Both the position numbers and the translations under genes were made by a program. Shown here piece after piece: positions 31,341-32,000 of a stretch of DNA of 32,000 bases. Within the stretch, counting starts at the first letter, position 1; every line of letters starts with the position of its first letter. Source of the DNA: an uncultured Eubacteriales bacterium. GTDB lineage: Bacteria > Bacillota > Clostridia > Oscillospirales > Acutalibacteraceae. The notes beneath the pieces are model-generated. The model searched no databases, had not been told where the DNA came from, and saw nothing but the letters and a program-made list of their open reading frames with translations. Where the stretch lies: positions 28,188 through 60,187 of the forward strand of contig CAKSNE010000002.1 of NCBI GenBank assembly GCA_934476085.1, in the 5' to 3' direction.

Positions 31341-31570
31341 CATAGCTCCCATCAAGTTGTTAGGTTAAAGTATGCCAACTCCCCCTAACAGCCCGAAATG
31401 GTAACCGTATATTTTTTTAATTCATAGCTCCCATCAAGTTGTTAGGTTAAAGTATATCTACTCCCCCTAACAGCCCGAAATAGTAGCCGTATCTTTTTTA
31501 AATTCATAGCTCCCATCGGGTTTTTAAGTTAAAGTATGCTAACTCTCCCTAACAGCTGGGTTTGGTTACA
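31341..31570 (+). repeat. Tandem array of three M1 copies (starts 31341, 31423, 31505; period 82 bp)
   Basis: The unit CATAGCTCCCATC...GTTAGGTTAAAGTAT...CCCTAACAGC...GGTAACCGTAT recurs, separated by T-rich junctions. The third copy is more diverged in its 5' arm. Confidence 0.9.
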
Positions 31571-31592
31571 ACACAATCACACATTTAACATT

Positions 31593-31628
31593 GTAGGGCG
31601 TGACGACCCGGCACGCCGTTTGCCCTAC
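31593..31628 (+). repeat. REP hairpin variant a plus inverted head fragment
   Basis: GTAGGGCGTGACGACCCGGCACGCCG (31593..31618) is 26/26 identical to 2268..2293. It is followed by TTT and GCCCTAC (31622..31628), the reverse complement of the head. Confidence 0.9.
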
Positions 31629-31674
31629 GGATGCATAATGTGTTCCGATATAACATAATCACATATTCATCGTT

Positions 31675-31699
31675 GTAGGGCGGGGGCTTGCTCCCGCCG
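31675..31699 (+). repeat. REP hairpin variant b (intergenic reference copy)
   Basis: GTAGGGCGGGGGCTTGCTCCCGCCG has an 8-bp stem (one G-T pair) and a CTTG loop. It is identical to the copy inside the RAYT gene. Confidence 0.9.
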
Positions 31700-31711
31700 T
31701 TCTTGTTTCGG

Positions 31712-31832
31712 GTGAAAAATAAATTATATATTAACACGCTTTATGCGTGTGAAAAAGCATATCAAGTCACAATCAGCATTATGACGCTTTTCAATAAAGC
31801 TACAAGTTTTAGTTCGCTGTGCGGTCATAATG
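31712..31832 (+). repeat. M3 element, copy C
   Basis: 121 nt, collinear with 2383..2503. The core 31750..31773 differs completely from that of copy A. Confidence 0.85.
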
Positions 31833-31833
31833 T

Positions 31834-31912
31834 TTTTTAGTTCCGCTCCCATTAGGTTGTTAGGTTAAAGTATGCTAACTCTCCCTAACAGTTGGGTTTG
31901 GTTGCCGACGAT
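31834..31912 (+). repeat. M1 element, copy C4
   Basis: 58-nt exact identity with 2092..2149, then 2 mismatches out to GCCGACGAT. Confidence 0.9.
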
Positions 31913-31913
31913 A

Positions 31914-32000
31914 GTAGGCGAAAAATAAGCGTTCGGGATTTTCAAGTATCACCTTGAATTTCTTTTCGTCCTTTTGTGAAATGACAAAAGGACTGCCTGT
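31914..32000 (-). repeat. M4 element, copy C (truncated by the window end)
   Basis: It starts with GTAGGCGAAAAATAAGCGTTCGGG, the same junction as in cluster B. The GTCCTTTTGT/ACAAAAGGAC hairpin is intact. The second hairpin keeps 6 of 8 bp. Confidence 0.8.

Larger units (their letters stand above)
31334..32000. repeat. Mosaic repeat cluster C (order: three tandem M1, REP a with inverted head, REP b, M3, M1, M4); continues past the right edge
   Basis: Direct comparison with clusters A and B. No ORF of 60 aa or more lies in this tract. Confidence 0.9.

Noticed and set aside
31341-31570. Tandem 82-bp repeats considered as a CRISPR array
   Set aside because: The repeat unit is ~70 nt, and only ~12 nt of T-rich junction separates the units. 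There are no unique spacers of spacer-like length and no cas genes in the window.
1-32000. Search for defence systems, toxin-antitoxin pairs, prophage or integrative elements
   Set aside because: Apart from a few small proteins of unknown function, every ORF of reasonable length is accounted for by housekeeping, sporulation or cell-envelope functions. The only mobility-related gene is the RAYT.

Overview
This is a 32-kb chromosomal segment of a low-GC, endospore-forming Firmicute. The gene content looks Clostridia-like: spoIIP, spoVAC/spoVAD, pflB/pflA, recG, an Asp23/DAK2 pair, ddl, murF, typA, a class B PBP and gyrB/gyrA. I support 27 protein-coding genes. Most lie on the minus strand in tightly packed operons (10889..25397 and 26298..31312), so this is essentially core genome. 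Two things are not ordinary. (i) Three intergenic tracts (2092..2900, 8139..8503, 31334..32000 and beyond) are filled with a mosaic of at least four short repeat families. These are GC-rich GTAG-headed REP hairpins in three stem variants; a ~72-nt element (called M1 here) with 7 full copies plus a fragment, three of them in an 82-bp-period tandem array directly upstream of gyrB; a 121-nt element (M3) whose two copies are conserved on both sides of an unrelated 24-nt core; and a ~150-nt element (M4) with two perfect hairpins. (ii) A single RAYT-like Y1/HUH transposase gene (21204..21716) sits inside the typA...murF-ddl-mscL gene string. It carries two in-frame, inverted copies of exactly the same REP 25-mer inside its own coding sequence, bracketing the HUH motif. 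I consider this REP/RAYT arrangement the best candidate for something undescribed. Secondary oddities are a MurF with a polytopic membrane N-terminus, a membrane-protein gene between gyrB and gyrA, an apparently ATT-initiated lipoprotein gene, an MscL with a C-terminal zinc ribbon, and KTA in place of KTG in the PBP. I saw no rRNA, tRNA, CRISPR array, prophage or recognisable defence system. All product calls come from reading the translations and recalling family motifs. No database search, HMM or folding program was run.
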